Translations under genes and position numbers: made by a program | Part shown: positions 1 to 11,039 of the stretch, piece after piece | Numbering within the stretch: the first letter of the stretch is position 1 | Layout: each line of letters opens with the position of its first letter | The notes under the pieces: model-generated | What the model was told of the DNA's origin: nothing | What the model saw: only the letters and a program-made list of their open reading frames with translations | Database searches by the model: none | Origin: an uncultured Pelagibacteraceae bacterium | Lineage (GTDB): Bacteria > Pseudomonadota > Alphaproteobacteria > Pelagibacterales > Pelagibacteraceae | Assembly: GCA_902608385.1 (NCBI GenBank) | Contig: CACLNT010000007.1 | Coordinates: 3,879-67,878, forward strand | DNA length: 64,000 nucleotides | Direction: 5' to 3'

Positions 1-900
1 TGATTTAGGATGGATAAATCCTAGTGTTTTAGCATGGAGAAATTGTCTATTTAATTTTAATAAAGATCTTTCTAAATCAGGATCAATATTTTTTAATTTT
101 TTAATTTTTTTTTTGTATTTGCTATCTCCTAAGATATTATTTCCTTTATAACTCATATGAACTCTAATTTGATGTGTACGTCCAGTTTCAAGTTTGCACT
201 CAATTAAACTTAAAGTTGGCGTTTTATCATTTTCAAAAACTTCTAAAGTTTTATAGTTGGTAATTGCTTTTTTTCCTTTTGTAATTCCAACTTCCATCAA
301 TTGTCTATTTCTTGAACTTCTAGTTATTAAAGTTTCAATCTTTCCTGATTGAGGGCGAAGTTTACCCCAAACCATTAATTGATAAATTCTATGTATAGTA
401 TGTTCATTAAATTGTTTTGATAAATTTTCATGTGTTACATTGTTTTTTGCCACAACAATTAAACCAGAAGTATCTTTGTCTATTCTGTGAACGATACCTG
501 GCCTCAGTTCGTCTCCAATATTCGATAAGCTGCCTTTACAATAATGCATCAGAGCATTAACAATTGTGTTATCGTAATTTCCAGCTCCAGGATGCATAAT
601 TATACCTGCTGGTTTGTCAATGATCAGCAAATCATCATCTTCATGAATAATATTTAATTTGAAATCAAAAGGTTTAATCGAAGTTTTTTTTGGCTCTGGA
701 ATTTCTAAATTTATTTTATCTTTGTCTAATACTTTATGAGAAGGACTTTTAATTACTTTGTCATTTAAATGTAACTTTTTATTTAAAATTAAATTCTTAA
801 TTCTAGTTCTGCTTATTGAACTTTCTTTTTTATTAATAAATACGTCGACTCTTAAATTATTATCTTCTGGTTGAGCTATTAATTTAATGCTTTTTTTCAT
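1..900 (-). CDS. rluD: RluA/RluD-family 23S rRNA pseudouridine synthase (3' end runs off the window)
   Basis: Not in the ORF track. Manual translation from ATG at 900 gives MKKSIKLIAQPEDNNLRVDVF...SRTRIKNLI (S4 domain)...IIDKPAGIIMHPGAGN...RPGIVHRIDKDTSG...LETGRTHQIRV...RQFLHA, the RluA motifs. Confidence 0.92.
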   Translation of the reverse strand, partial: MKKSIKLIAQPEDNNLRVDVFINKKESSISRTRIKNLILNKKLHLNDKVIKSPSHKVLDKDKINLEIPEPKKTSIKPFDFKLNIIHEDDDLLIIDKPAGIIMHPGAGNYDNTIVNALMHYCKGSLSNIGDELRPGIVHRIDKDTSGLIVVAKNNVTHENLSKQFNEHTIHRIYQLMVWGKLRPQSGKIETLITRSSRNRQLMEVGITKGKKAITNYKTLEVFENDKTPTLSLIECKLETGRTHQIRVHMSYKGNNILGDSKYKKKIKKLKNIDPDLERSLLKLNRQFLHAKTLGFIHPKS

Positions 901-923
901 AAATTATATTAATAATATTATAT

Positions 924-1000
924 GCGCTTGTAGCTCAATTGGATAGAGCGCCTGACTTCGGATCAGGAGGTTGAGGGTTCAAGTCCTTCCGGGCGCACCA
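924..1000 (+). tRNA. tRNA-Arg, anticodon TCG
   Basis: Cloverleaf: acceptor GCGCTTG/CGGGCGC, D arm TAGCTCAATTGGATAGAGC, anticodon arm CCTGA-CTTCGGA-TCAGG, T loop GGTTCAAGTCC, encoded CCA end. Confidence 0.95.
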
Positions 1001-1001
1001 A

Positions 1002-1796
1002 CTATTCACCTATATTTATTAACGTTCCTTTTTTACGTGCTTGCCCGAAGGAGTAGTAAAACAATGATATTGCTAGCAACAAGTAAATTCCATTAAAATA
1101 AAATGCATTCATTATATTTTCATAATTTACAGTCTGATTAATCAGGATATTTCTAGCTTCTTCAAAAATATATACAAGAGGAAGCGAGTAAGCTATTTTT
1201 TGAAAAAATTCGGGCAAAATTTCTACTGGATAGTAAATACAACCAAAAGGAGCTAGTAGAAACATAGTTGACCAAGCAATATTCTCAAACGAAGGACCAA
1301 ATCTTAATAATCCTGCCGAAACAAATATTCCAAGCGTAATTCCAAATATGTATAAACTTAAAAAAAGCAAAAACAAATGTACACCAAGATCTAGTAAAGA
1401 TATTCCAAAAAGAGGAGAAGTAAGTATAATTGCCGGAATAAGTCCAATCAAAGCTCTAATTAAAGCTGTAATAACTAAAGAGATAATTATTTCACCTATC
1501 TTAATTGGTGCAATGAATAAATTTGTAAAGTTTCTACTCCAAATTTCCTCTAAAAATAACATATTAAAACCAATGCTTGTTCTAAAAAGAAAATCATAAA
1601 GAATGGCACACGTTAGAATTACACCAACTGCATTATTGTAATATGTGCTATGGGTTGCAAAAAAATTTGATATAAATCCCCACAAAGTTATTTGAATTGA
1701 TGGCCAGTAAATTAAATCTAAAACTCTTGGAAAAGACCTGGTAATTAAATAAAAATGTCTTAAAAAAAGACCATAAATTCTAATAAAGCTCATCAT
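1002..1796 (-). CDS. ABC-2 type exporter permease
   Basis: About 6 hydrophobic segments, YYPVEILP and LPLVYIFEEAR ABC-2 features; overlaps the ATPase gene. Confidence 0.85.
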   Translation of the reverse strand: MMSFIRIYGLFLRHFYLITRSFPRVLDLIYWPSIQITLWGFISNFFATHSTYYNNAVGVILTCAILYDFLFRTSIGFNMLFLEEIWSRNFTNLFIAPIKIGEIIISLVITALIRALIGLIPAIILTSPLFGISLLDLGVHLFLLFLSLYIFGITLGIFVSAGLLRFGPSFENIAWSTMFLLAPFGCIYYPVEILPEFFQKIAYSLPLVYIFEEARNILINQTVNYENIMNAFYFNGIYLLLAISLFYYSFGQARKKGTLINIGE

Positions 1797-2517
1797 TGCT
1801 CCTTGAAAGTTTTAAAAAAACTTCTTCTAAGTTTTTTCTACCATGCTTTTTAATCAATTCTTCCGGATGGCCTTTGTCAATGATAATACCATCTTTCATC
1901 ATTAGTACTGTTTTACATAATCTTGTTACTTCGGACATATTATGTGATGCCAACAAAATTGATATTTTTTTTTCTTTTTTATAATTTTCCAAAAAACTTC
2001 TAACAAAGTCTCCAATTTCTGGATCAAGGGAAGCCGTTGGTTCATCTAAAAATAAAACAGTAGGATTATTTATCAAAGCCTTGGCTAAACTGGCTCTATT
2101 TTTTTGTCCTGAAGAAAGTTCTCCTGTTACTCTATTTAATAAATCTTCTAACCTTAGTTTTTCAACAAGGTATTCGATTCTACTTTTTATATCCAAAACA
2201 TTATATAATCTGCAGTACACAATTAAGTTTTGTTTCACCGTAAGCTTTTTTGGCAGCTCAATATAAGGTGAGATAAAATTTATTTTTTGAAGAGTTTCTA
2301 TTCTATTTTCCTCAATTTTTTTTCCATCTATTAATATTTCTCCATTTGAAGGTTTTAGCAAACCAAGCATCATTCCTATGGTTGTTGTTTTTCCTGAACC
2401 ATTAGGGCCAAGTAGTCCTAAAATTTCATTTTCTTTTATGTTAAATGAAATACCCTTTACAGCGTCTTTTGAACCATATTTTTTTTTTAGATTTTTTACT
2501 TCTACCAAGTTATTCAT
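1780..2517 (-). CDS. ABC transporter ATP-binding protein
   Basis: Walker A GPNGSGKT, signature LSSGQ, Walker B LFLDEPT, H-loop SH. Confidence 0.93.
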   Translation of the reverse strand: MNNLVEVKNLKKKYGSKDAVKGISFNIKENEILGLLGPNGSGKTTTIGMMLGLLKPSNGEILIDGKKIEENRIETLQKINFISPYIELPKKLTVKQNLIVYCRLYNVLDIKSRIEYLVEKLRLEDLLNRVTGELSSGQKNRASLAKALINNPTVLFLDEPTASLDPEIGDFVRSFLENYKKEKKISILLASHNMSEVTRLCKTVLMMKDGIIIDKGHPEELIKKHGRKNLEEVFLKLSRSNDELY

Positions 2518-3449
2518 TAAAATTTAGATGCTCTAATTAGTCTATCGTTGATTGCCTCACCAAACCCTATATTTGGAATTTTTTCTACTGCAATACTTTT
2601 AAAATTATCTTTCTTTATCATTCTTAGTGTTTTATATAGTTTTTTTGCTGCTTCCTTCAGATTTTTTTTCTTACTTAAATAATAAAAGTTTTTAGCAGAT
2701 GATTTTCTTTTTTTAATCAGAATAAATGCCTCATCTAGTTTTGGTCTTTTGATATTTAGTCTAATTGGAATACCAGGTGAATAATGAGTTTTTCCTTGGC
2801 CAGGTGTAATTATTTTTTTCCTTTTTTTATTAAATTTAAGGTTAATTTTAAGTGCTCTATTTATTTTGCTAATTTCAATCCCTCCTAATCTCAGAATTTG
2901 AGGTTTTTTTATTAAACTAACTATAGTCGATTCCAAACCTATTGATGATCTACCGCCATCAAGAATAAATTTAATTTTTTTTCCAAATTCATCAATAACA
3001 TCTTCTTTAGAGACAGGGCTAATTTTCGTAGAAATATTAGCGCTTGGAGCAGCAAGTGGGTATTTTAGTTTTTTTAGAAGTTTTCTAACTAGTGCATGTT
3101 TTGGAAATCTTATTGCTAGTGTTTTTTTATTATTAGTTACATATTTAGAAATTTTACTATTTTTTTTTAGTTTAAGAATAAAAGTAATTGGACCAGGACA
3201 AAATTTTTTATAAAGAACAAAAAAATTTTTGTTAAGGATACAATCATTTTTTAGCTGTTCTAAATTTGAGTAGTGCACAATAGAAGGATTATATTTTGGT
3301 CTTTTTTTTAATTTGTATATTTTTTTAACAGCTCTATTCGAATAAGCACTTGCAGCAAGCCCATAAACAGTTTCAGTTGGAATTGCTACACAGTGCCCTT
3401 TGTCCAGAAAAAACTTACTTTTTTTGATATTTGAATGATTAAATTTCAT
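2517..3449 (-). CDS. sua5: L-threonylcarbamoyladenylate synthase (Sua5-type TsaC)
   Basis: PTETVYGLAA, KKRP, APSANIS, ESTIV motifs; PGQGKTHYSP linker and C-terminal AINDRLIRAS. Confidence 0.92.
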   Translation of the reverse strand: MKFNHSNIKKSKFFLDKGHCVAIPTETVYGLAASAYSNRAVKKIYKLKKRPKYNPSIVHYSNLEQLKNDCILNKNFFVLYKKFCPGPITFILKLKKNSKISKYVTNNKKTLAIRFPKHALVRKLLKKLKYPLAAPSANISTKISPVSKEDVIDEFGKKIKFILDGGRSSIGLESTIVSLIKKPQILRLGGIEISKINRALKINLKFNKKRKKIITPGQGKTHYSPGIPIRLNIKRPKLDEAFILIKKRKSSAKNFYYLSKKKNLKEAAKKLYKTLRMIKKDNFKSIAVEKIPNIGFGEAINDRLIRASKF

Positions 3450-3469
3450 GTATTAATACTTACTATTAT

Positions 3470-3721
3470 ATGAAAGATAAAAATTTACCAGACGATAATA
3501 ATTCACAAAGTCTTGATGAATTAAAAGAAGAAATAAATCAAATTATTGAAAACTTGGAAAAGGAAAAAAATCTTGAAAATTCATTAAATGATTATCAAAA
3601 ATTAATTAAGTTAAATAATATTATTGAAAAAAAATTTCAAAAAAAATCAAAACATATAAATGAAACCACTAAACAGAAAATTAATAATATAGCTAATAAA
3701 AAAAATGCAAAAAAAACTTAA
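3470..3721 (+). CDS. xseB: Exodeoxyribonuclease VII small subunit (divergent)
   Basis: Short helical protein (IIENLE...LENSL..YQ) in the conserved xseB-ispA-dxs position. Confidence 0.65.
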   Translation: MKDKNLPDDNNSQSLDELKEEINQIIENLEKEKNLENSLNDYQKLIKLNNIIEKKFQKKSKHINETTKQKINNIANKKNAKKT

Positions 3722-4577
3722 AAAAATTGCATTAGATACTAATATTTTTTTAAAAAGTTTTATTAAGAAACAAAAAAAAACAAACTTAATTTCTCCGATG
3801 CGATATGGATTGTTTCCTGGAGGAAAAAAAATTAGATCGAAGATTTTGATCGATATAGGATCATTATTTAATATAAATTATAAAATATTAATTAAAATTG
3901 GAGCCGCAATAGAATGTATTCATGCTTATTCTTTAATTCATGATGATCTACCTTGTATGGATAATGATAGATTTAGAAGAGGAAAACTGTCAACACATGT
4001 AAAATATAATGAGTCAACAGCAGTATTGGCGGGTAATTCTCTTTTGACAATGGCTTTTGAAATTCTAAGTGATAAAAAATTAATTTTGACTGACAATGTA
4101 AAAGTTAATTTAATTAAACAGTTATCCAAATGTTCGGGTCATAGAGGTATTGCTGGAGGACAATTCTTAGATTTAACTTTTGAAAATAAAAAAATTTCTC
4201 AAAAAAAAATTGTAGATATGGCAATAAAGAAGACTGGAAAATTGTTTTCCTTTTGCTGCATGGTGCCAGCGATTATAAAAAACAAAGATATAAATAATAT
4301 AAAACTTTTTGAAAAAATAGGTGCAGAAATTGGTTTGCTTTTTCAAATTTCAGATGACTTAATTGACTATAAAGGCAAAACTAAAAAAGCTGGAAAAAAA
4401 ACAAACAAAGACAACAAACAAGGTAAAGCGACACTTATTAGTTTGCTAGGATACAGAAAAACTATTATATATGGCGAAAAAATTAAAAATAATATTATTA
4501 ATAATTTAAAAAAATATGGATCAAAATCTAAAAATATTAATGAAACTTTAAATTATATTTTAAAAAGAAAAAAATGA
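3705..4577 (+). CDS. ispA: Farnesyl diphosphate synthase
   Basis: [28 protein letters not shown] motifs. Confidence 0.92.
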   Translation: MQKKLKKIALDTNIFLKSFIKKQKKTNLISPMRYGLFPGGKKIRSKILIDIGSLFNINYKILIKIGAAIECIHAYSLIHDDLPCMDNDRFRRGKLSTHVKYNESTAVLAGNSLLTMAFEILSDKKLILTDNVKVNLIKQLSKCSGHRGIAGGQFLDLTFENKKISQKKIVDMAIKKTGKLFSFCCMVPAIIKNKDINNIKLFEKIGAEIGLLFQISDDLIDYKGKTKKAGKKTNKDNKQGKATLISLLGYRKTIIYGEKIKNNIINNLKKYGSKSKNINETLNYILKRKK

Positions 4578-6487
4578 GTAAAAATTATCAATATTTAAAA
4601 AATATAAATTTTCCTTCTGATATTAAAAAGTTATCATTATCAGAACTTAAAAAATTAGCAGATGAAGTTAGAGAAGAATTAATTAGCGTTGTGTCTGAGA
4701 CTGGCGGGCACCTAGGAGCAGGTCTTGGTGTTGTTGAACTTACAGTTGCATTACATTATATTTTTAATACACCAAATGATAAGTTGATCTGGGATGTGGG
4801 ACATCAAACTTATCCTCACAAAATTTTAACAGGAAGAAAAGATAAAATTAGAACTTTAAGACAAGGCAATGGTTTGTCTGGTTTTACTAAAAGATCTGAA
4901 AGTGAGTACGATCCATTTGGAGCAGCTCATAGTTCTACATCAATCTCATCTGCACTCGGAATAGCTGTAGCCAACAAACTATCTAACAAATCAGACAATG
5001 TAATTGCTGTTATTGGAGATGGAGCAATTAGTGCTGGAATGGCATATGAAGCAATGAATAATGCAGGGACTTCAAATACAAAAATGATTGTTATTTTGAA
5101 TGATAATGACATGTCAATTGCAAAACCAGTTGGCGCTATGAGATCTTATTTGGGAAAATTATTGTCCGGTAAAATTTATTTTAGCTTGAGAGAAATTTCA
5201 AAATTAATTATCTCTTTTTTTTCAAAAAAATTTAGTGATAAAGCAGGTAAGGCTGAAGACTTTTTAAGATCGGCAGTTACCGGAGGAACGCTTTTTAACT
5301 CATTAGGCTTTCATTATATTGGACCAATAAATGGTCATGATTTAGATGCTTTGATACCAATTTTGAAAAATGCAAAGAATTCAAAGCACAAAGGTCCAAT
5401 TATGATTCATATAAAAACTCAAAAAGGAAAAGGCTATTCATATGCCGAAGAGGCAAATGATCATTATCATGGAGTTTCAAAATTTAATGTTAAAACGGGA
5501 ATACAAGAAAAATCTAAAACTAATATTCCAGCTTATACAAAAGTGTTTGCTAATACTCTTATTAAACATGCTGAAAGGGATAGCAAAATAATTGGTATAA
5601 CAGCGGCAATGCCATCTGGAACAGGATTAGATATTTTTGGAGAAAAATTTCCAAAAAGAATGTTTGATGTTGGGATAGCTGAACAACATGCTGTTACTTT
5701 TGCAGCAGGTTTAGCCACACAAGGATTAAAGCCTTATGCAGCTATTTATTCAACATTTTTGCAAAGAGCATATGATCAAGTTGTCCATGATGTAGCAATT
5801 CAAAACCTTCCAGTTAGATTTGCGATTGATAGAGCAGGGTTAGTTGGTGCAGATGGACCTACCCATGCTGGTTCGTTTGATATTACTTACTTATCTACAC
5901 TACCAAACTTTGTTGTTATGGCTGCAAGCGATGAAGCTGAGCTTGTTAGAATGATTAATACCTCTGTTGACATTAATGATAGACCAACTGCTTTTAGATA
6001 TCCCAGAGGGACTGGTATAGGAGTAGAATTACCGTCAATTGATGAAAAATTACAGATTGGCAAAGGAAAAATAATTTTAGAAGGAAAAAAATTAGCAATC
6101 TTAAGTTTTGGTGCAAGACTATATGAAAGTTTAATTGCAGCAGAAAATTTAAAAAAAAAAGGTATAAATATTACAGTTGTTGATGCAAGATTTGCTAAAC
6201 CTTTAGATGAAAATCTAATATGGCAACTTGCAACTGATCATGATGCAATTATTACAATTGAAGAAGGTTCTATAGGAGGATTTGGGTCACATGTAACTCA
6301 ATTTTTATCAGAAAAAAATTTATTAGATAAAAATCTAAAATTTAGATCAATGATATTTCCTGATATATTTATTGATCAAGATAAACAAGATGAAATGTAC
6401 AAAATAGCTGGATTAGATTCAAGATCAATTGAAGAAAAAATTTTAGACACTCTTGATTCAAATATTATTTTACAAAAACAAAAATAA
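4574..6487 (+). CDS. dxs: 1-deoxy-D-xylulose-5-phosphate synthase
   Basis: [22 protein letters not shown] ThDP motif, [20 protein letters not shown]. Confidence 0.97.
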   Translation: MSKNYQYLKNINFPSDIKKLSLSELKKLADEVREELISVVSETGGHLGAGLGVVELTVALHYIFNTPNDKLIWDVGHQTYPHKILTGRKDKIRTLRQGNGLSGFTKRSESEYDPFGAAHSSTSISSALGIAVANKLSNKSDNVIAVIGDGAISAGMAYEAMNNAGTSNTKMIVILNDNDMSIAKPVGAMRSYLGKLLSGKIYFSLREISKLIISFFSKKFSDKAGKAEDFLRSAVTGGTLFNSLGFHYIGPINGHDLDALIPILKNAKNSKHKGPIMIHIKTQKGKGYSYAEEANDHYHGVSKFNVKTGIQEKSKTNIPAYTKVFANTLIKHAERDSKIIGITAAMPSGTGLDIFGEKFPKRMFDVGIAEQHAVTFAAGLATQGLKPYAAIYSTFLQRAYDQVVHDVAIQNLPVRFAIDRAGLVGADGPTHAGSFDITYLSTLPNFVVMAASDEAELVRMINTSVDINDRPTAFRYPRGTGIGVELPSIDEKLQIGKGKIILEGKKLAILSFGARLYESLIAAENLKKKGINITVVDARFAKPLDENLIWQLATDHDAIITIEEGSIGGFGSHVTQFLSEKNLLDKNLKFRSMIFPDIFIDQDKQDEMYKIAGLDSRSIEEKILDTLDSNIILQKQK

Positions 6488-6491
6488 ATTT

Positions 6492-7574
6492 TTAACTACA
6501 TTGTGCTTTATTCATTAGGTAATGATCTAGCAAAACACAGTTTAACATAGCCTCACCAACTGGAACAGCACGTATTCCAACGCAAGGATCATGTCTTCCT
6601 TTAACTGATATTGATGTATTTTTACCAAATTTATCTATTGTCTTTCTACTTTTTAATATTGATGAAGTAGGTTTAACTGCAAAAGAAACTATGATTTCTT
6701 GACCAGTTGAAATTCCTCCAAGAATTCCACCAGCGTTATTTGAATTAAATTTTATTTTCTTTCCTTTTTGGAAAATCTCATCAGAATTTTGTTCCCCATT
6801 CAATTGAGCAGAATTTATGCCAGATCCAATGTTAACGCCTTTGACAGCATTAATGCTCATCATAGCTGAAGCTATATCCATATCTAATTTGGAATAAATA
6901 GGTGCACCTAAACCAACTGGTACTCCTCTAGCTCTTACCTCAACTATTGCTCCACAAGATGAACCTGATTTTCTTATGTTTAATAAATATTTTTCCCATA
7001 GTTTTACTATTGATTTATCTGGACAAAAGAATGAATTTTTTTTGATTTCTTTGTCATCCCATTTTTTTGTATCACATCCAAGAATTCCTAATTGAGTTAC
7101 AGCGCCAATAACTTTAAATTTTTTCCCAATTTTATTTTCTAGAACTTTTTTTGCTATAGCGCCTGCGGCGACTCTACTTGCCGTTTCTCTAGCTGATTGT
7201 CTGCCACCACCACGATAATCTCTAATTCCATATTTTTTAAGATATGTAAAATCTGCGTGCCCAGGTCTAAATTTATTTTTAATTGTTTCATAGTCTCTTG
7301 ACCTCATATCTTTATTATAAATTATTAAAGAAATAGGAGTTCCAGTTGTCTTACCTTCAAATATTCCAGAAAGAATTTGAACTTTATCATCTTCTTTACG
7401 TTGACTGGTAAATTTTGATTGTCCAGGTTTTCTTCTATTTAAGTCGAATTGTATATCTTGTTCTTTTATACTTATATTGGGCGGACATCCGTCTACTATG
7501 CAGCCTATTGCTGGCCCATGAGACTCTCCCCAAGTTGTGAAACGAAATATCTTTCCAAAAGTGTTAAATGACAT
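6492..7574 (-). CDS. aroC: Chorismate synthase
   Basis: [28 protein letters not shown] motifs. Confidence 0.97.
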   Translation of the reverse strand: MSFNTFGKIFRFTTWGESHGPAIGCIVDGCPPNISIKEQDIQFDLNRRKPGQSKFTSQRKEDDKVQILSGIFEGKTTGTPISLIIYNKDMRSRDYETIKNKFRPGHADFTYLKKYGIRDYRGGGRQSARETASRVAAGAIAKKVLENKIGKKFKVIGAVTQLGILGCDTKKWDDKEIKKNSFFCPDKSIVKLWEKYLLNIRKSGSSCGAIVEVRARGVPVGLGAPIYSKLDMDIASAMMSINAVKGVNIGSGINSAQLNGEQNSDEIFQKGKKIKFNSNNAGGILGGISTGQEIIVSFAVKPTSSILKSRKTIDKFGKNTSISVKGRHDPCVGIRAVPVGEAMLNCVLLDHYLMNKAQCS

Positions 7575-7607
7575 TAATTATATTATATAGATTATTTTGT
7601 TAAAATT

Positions 7608-8231
7608 ATGAATCAAAAAAACTCGTTAGACCTTAATAGTTGTTTTTTAGATCTAAATGATCCGATTCAATTGTTTAAAACGTGGATGGACGAGGCAAAA
7701 AAAACTGAGCCAAATGATCCCAATGCTCTTTCTTTGGCAACAGCAGATAAAAATGGAATACCTTCAGTAAGAATCGTTTTACTAAAAGATTTTGGCCAGG
7801 ATGGTTTTACTTTTTATACAAACCTGGACAGTCAAAAAAGCCTAGATATAGAAAGTAATCCAAAAGCTGAAATGTGTTTTCATTGGAAAAGTTTGCAGCG
7901 TCAAGTTAGAGTTTTTGGATCTATCAATAAAGTAAAAGATGAGATAGCTGATAAATATTTTAGCAGTAGAGATTACGGTAGTAAAATAGGTGCATGGGCA
8001 TCTGAACAATCTAAAATTTTACAAAATAGAAATGAACTCTTAAAAAGAGTAGATGCATTTAAAAAAACTTATCCTGAAACAAAAAATGTACCAAGACCAG
8101 AAAATTGGTCTGGATGGTCTTTAGAACCAAAAATGATCGAGTTTTGGTTAAGTGGTCAAAACAGAATTCATGAAAGATTAAGATATTACAAAGAATCAAA
8201 TAATTGGGAAAAAAAATTACTTAACCCTTAA
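7608..8231 (+). CDS. pdxH: Pyridoxamine 5'-phosphate oxidase
   Basis: PSVRIVLLK, FYTN..SQK, RQVRV, GAWASEQS, EFW..RIHER. Confidence 0.95.
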   Translation: MNQKNSLDLNSCFLDLNDPIQLFKTWMDEAKKTEPNDPNALSLATADKNGIPSVRIVLLKDFGQDGFTFYTNLDSQKSLDIESNPKAEMCFHWKSLQRQVRVFGSINKVKDEIADKYFSSRDYGSKIGAWASEQSKILQNRNELLKRVDAFKKTYPETKNVPRPENWSGWSLEPKMIEFWLSGQNRIHERLRYYKESNNWEKKLLNP

Positions 8232-9241
8232 AAAGATCTTTCTAAGCTAAAAGTAGTTAAGTTTTCCAAAACTTTTTTTTCATCAGAGATTGGAAATATA
8301 CTTAATGAATTTGAAGCAAGATTAATAAAGTGTTCTGCTTTTTTATAACATTCGTTAATTATATTGTATTTAAAAATCAATCCTAATGTAAATTCTAAAT
8401 CATTTTTAGTTCTTTTGTTTTTTTTGAAAATATTTTTTAAATTTTGTTTTTCTATACTGTTAGTTTTTTGAAATAATAAAATTATGGGTAAAGTAATTTT
8501 ACCTTCATAAAAATCATTACCTACTTCTTTGCCAAAAATTTTTATTTCAGAATTGTAATCCAAGGTATCATCTGCGATTTGAAAAGTAAGTCCTAAATTT
8601 TTTCCATAAAATTCTAAAGCATCTTTTTCTTTATTTTTTTTGTTTGCTAAAATAGCTCCTACTTTAGTAGATGCTGAAAAAAGAGCTGCTGTTTTTGTAG
8701 AAATTATTTTTAAGTAAGTTTCTTCAAGCATATCAATTTCACCTTTGTGTTGTAATTGAAGAACTTCTCCTTGTGCAATTATTGAAGATGTTGAAGATAA
8801 TAATTTTAATATTTCTAAGTTTCCATTTTCAACCATCATTTCAAAACAACGACTTAGCAAATAATCACCAACTAAAATTGAAGATTGATTTCCCCAAATT
8901 GAATTTGTTGTTTTTTTTCCTCTTCTAAAATTGCTAAAATCTATTACATCGTCGTGCAATAAAGTTGCAGCATGTATTAATTCAACGCAAGCTGCCAAGT
9001 TTATATCTTGACCACCTTTCAAGTAACCACATAATTTTGCAGAGCCAAGAGTTAATAGAGCCCTCAATCTTTTTCCTCCAGTTTGAATATGGTAATCAGT
9101 CATTTTCTGCACCAAACTAACTTCGCTATTCAGTTTAGTTTTAATTTTTTCTTCAACTAAAACTAATTTTTCTTCTACAGAACTTTTAAGATCAAAATAA
9201 GAATTGTTTATTCGATTTTTAAGCTGAATTACTGTTCCCAT
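8228..9241 (-). CDS. ispB: Long-chain polyprenyl diphosphate synthase
   Basis: GGKRLR, HAATLLHDDVID..RRG, FQIADD, EGKITLP. Confidence 0.9.
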   Translation of the reverse strand: MGTVIQLKNRINNSYFDLKSSVEEKLVLVEEKIKTKLNSEVSLVQKMTDYHIQTGGKRLRALLTLGSAKLCGYLKGGQDINLAACVELIHAATLLHDDVIDFSNFRRGKKTTNSIWGNQSSILVGDYLLSRCFEMMVENGNLEILKLLSSTSSIIAQGEVLQLQHKGEIDMLEETYLKIISTKTAALFSASTKVGAILANKKNKEKDALEFYGKNLGLTFQIADDTLDYNSEIKIFGKEVGNDFYEGKITLPIILLFQKTNSIEKQNLKNIFKKNKRTKNDLEFTLGLIFKYNIINECYKKAEHFINLASNSLSIFPISDEKKVLENLTTFSLERSF

Positions 9242-9352
9242 AAATTTAAGTTTATATAATTAAGTGGAATTTATTACTTATCAATTGACGCACCTTAATC
9301 TTCAACTATAAGTAGACTTTATATTAAATCAAAAATTCTATAAGGATTACTA

Positions 9353-10162
9353 ATGTTTTCATTTTTTAAAAAGAAAAAAATTATCTCCCATTTGAGGCTT
9401 AACGGTGTAATTGGAAATGTTGGTAAATTTAAACAGGGTATTGATTTTTCTGGACAAGAAGAAACTATAAAAAAAGCATTTTCTTTGAAAAAAGCAAGCG
9501 CAATAGCTGTAACAATTAATTCCCCTGGCGGCTCACCAGTGCAATCACATTTAATTTACAAATTTATTAGGCAATTAGCAAAAAAGAATAAAAAAAAAGT
9601 ATTAGTATTTGCTGAAGATGTAGCAGCATCAGGAGGATATTTAATCGCTTGTGCTGGTGACGAAATATATGCAAATTCCAGTTCAATCATTGGATCAATA
9701 GGAGTAATTTATTCTTCATTTGGTTTTAAAGAATTAATAAAAAAATTTGGCATAGAAAGAAGAGTGCATACAGCAGGGAAAAATAAGAGCACTTTAGATC
9801 CATTCCTTGAAGAAAAAAGTGAAGATATTGAAAGACTTAAGAATATTCAATTAGATCTCCACAAAGATTTTATAAAAGTAGTAGAAGATAGCAGAGGATC
9901 TAAACTTAATAAAAATTCTGGGATTGAATTATTTTCAGGTGAGTTTTGGTCAGGTTCCAAAGCAAAAGAACTAGGTTTAGTTGATGGAATTGGAAATGCT
10001 GATCAAATTTTAAGAGAAAAATTTGGAGAAAATGTAGAAATTAAAAAATTTGAAAAGACAAAAGGTTGGTTAAGCAAAAAACTTTCATCTTCAGGCGATC
10101 AAATAGACCAACTTGTAAATATTTTAGAAGAAAGATCTATCTGGCAAAGATATGGGTTCTAA
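9353..10162 (+). CDS. S49 family peptidase (SppA-like)
   Basis: [31 protein letters not shown]. Confidence 0.9.
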   Translation: MFSFFKKKKIISHLRLNGVIGNVGKFKQGIDFSGQEETIKKAFSLKKASAIAVTINSPGGSPVQSHLIYKFIRQLAKKNKKKVLVFAEDVAASGGYLIACAGDEIYANSSSIIGSIGVIYSSFGFKELIKKFGIERRVHTAGKNKSTLDPFLEEKSEDIERLKNIQLDLHKDFIKVVEDSRGSKLNKNSGIELFSGEFWSGSKAKELGLVDGIGNADQILREKFGENVEIKKFEKTKGWLSKKLSSSGDQIDQLVNILEERSIWQRYGF

Positions 10163-11039
10163 AAAAAAAAAAATTAAAAAACCTAAATTTCAAACATTTC
10201 AAGATACAATATTGAATCTTCAAAAATATTGGAGCAAACAAGGATGTGTTATTTTACAACCTTATGACATGGAGATTGGAGCTGGAACTTTTCATCCAGC
10301 TACTACACTAAGGTCATTGGGCCCAGATCCATGGAAAACTGCTTATGTTCAACCATCAAGAAGACCAACTGATGGAAGATATGGCGACAACCCAAATAGA
10401 CTTCAACACTACTATCAATTTCAAGTTCTAATTAAACCTTCACCAAAAGATATAAAAAAATTATATTTAAACAGTTTGAAAGTCACAGGAATAAATCATA
10501 AAGACCATGACATAAGATTTGTTGAAGATGACTGGGAGAGTCCAACTTTAGGAGCAGCAGGCCTTGGCTGGGAAGTTTGGTGTGATGGAATGGAAATAAC
10601 TCAATTTACATATTTTCAACAGATGGCTGGATTAGAATGTAAACCAGTTTCTGTAGAACTCACATATGGCCTTGAAAGAATTTGCATGTTTACACAACAA
10701 AAGAAAAATGTATTTGATTTATCTTGGAATGATGAAGGTGTAAAATATAAAAATGTATTCCATCAAGCCGAAAAAGAATTTTCAGCATATAATTTTGAAC
10801 ATGCCAATACAGATAATTTGTTTAAAATATTTGACATGTTAGAACAAGAAAGTAAGTCTTTATTAGAAAAAAATTTATCCTTACCAGCTTATGACCAATG
10901 TTTAAAAGCTAGCCATGTTTTTAATATACTGGATGCAAGAGGAGTAATCAGTGTAGCCCAAAGAACAGAATACATATCAAGAATAAGAGATATCACAAAA
11001 GGTGCAGGCGAAATTTGGTTAAAAAGCCAAACAAAATAA
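10152..11039 (+). CDS. glyQ: Glycine--tRNA ligase alpha subunit
   Basis: [29 protein letters not shown]. Confidence 0.97.
   Translation: MGSKKKKIKKPKFQTFQDTILNLQKYWSKQGCVILQPYDMEIGAGTFHPATTLRSLGPDPWKTAYVQPSRRPTDGRYGDNPNRLQHYYQFQVLIKPSPKDIKKLYLNSLKVTGINHKDHDIRFVEDDWESPTLGAAGLGWEVWCDGMEITQFTYFQQMAGLECKPVSVELTYGLERICMFTQQKKNVFDLSWNDEGVKYKNVFHQAEKEFSAYNFEHANTDNLFKIFDMLEQESKSLLEKNLSLPAYDQCLKASHVFNILDARGVISVAQRTEYISRIRDITKGAGEIWLKSQTK

Noticed and set aside
924-1000. tRNA-Arg or tmRNA as prophage/island attachment sites
   Set aside because: No integrase, and I found no duplicated 3' end by eye.
10161-10173. A13 run at the start of glyQ, and A10 at 52791-52800 in pilin 3, as phase-variation tracts
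   Set aside because: Long A runs encoding Lys are common throughout this AT-rich window, frames are intact, and glyQ is essential. The pilin 3 tract cannot be told from background without reads.
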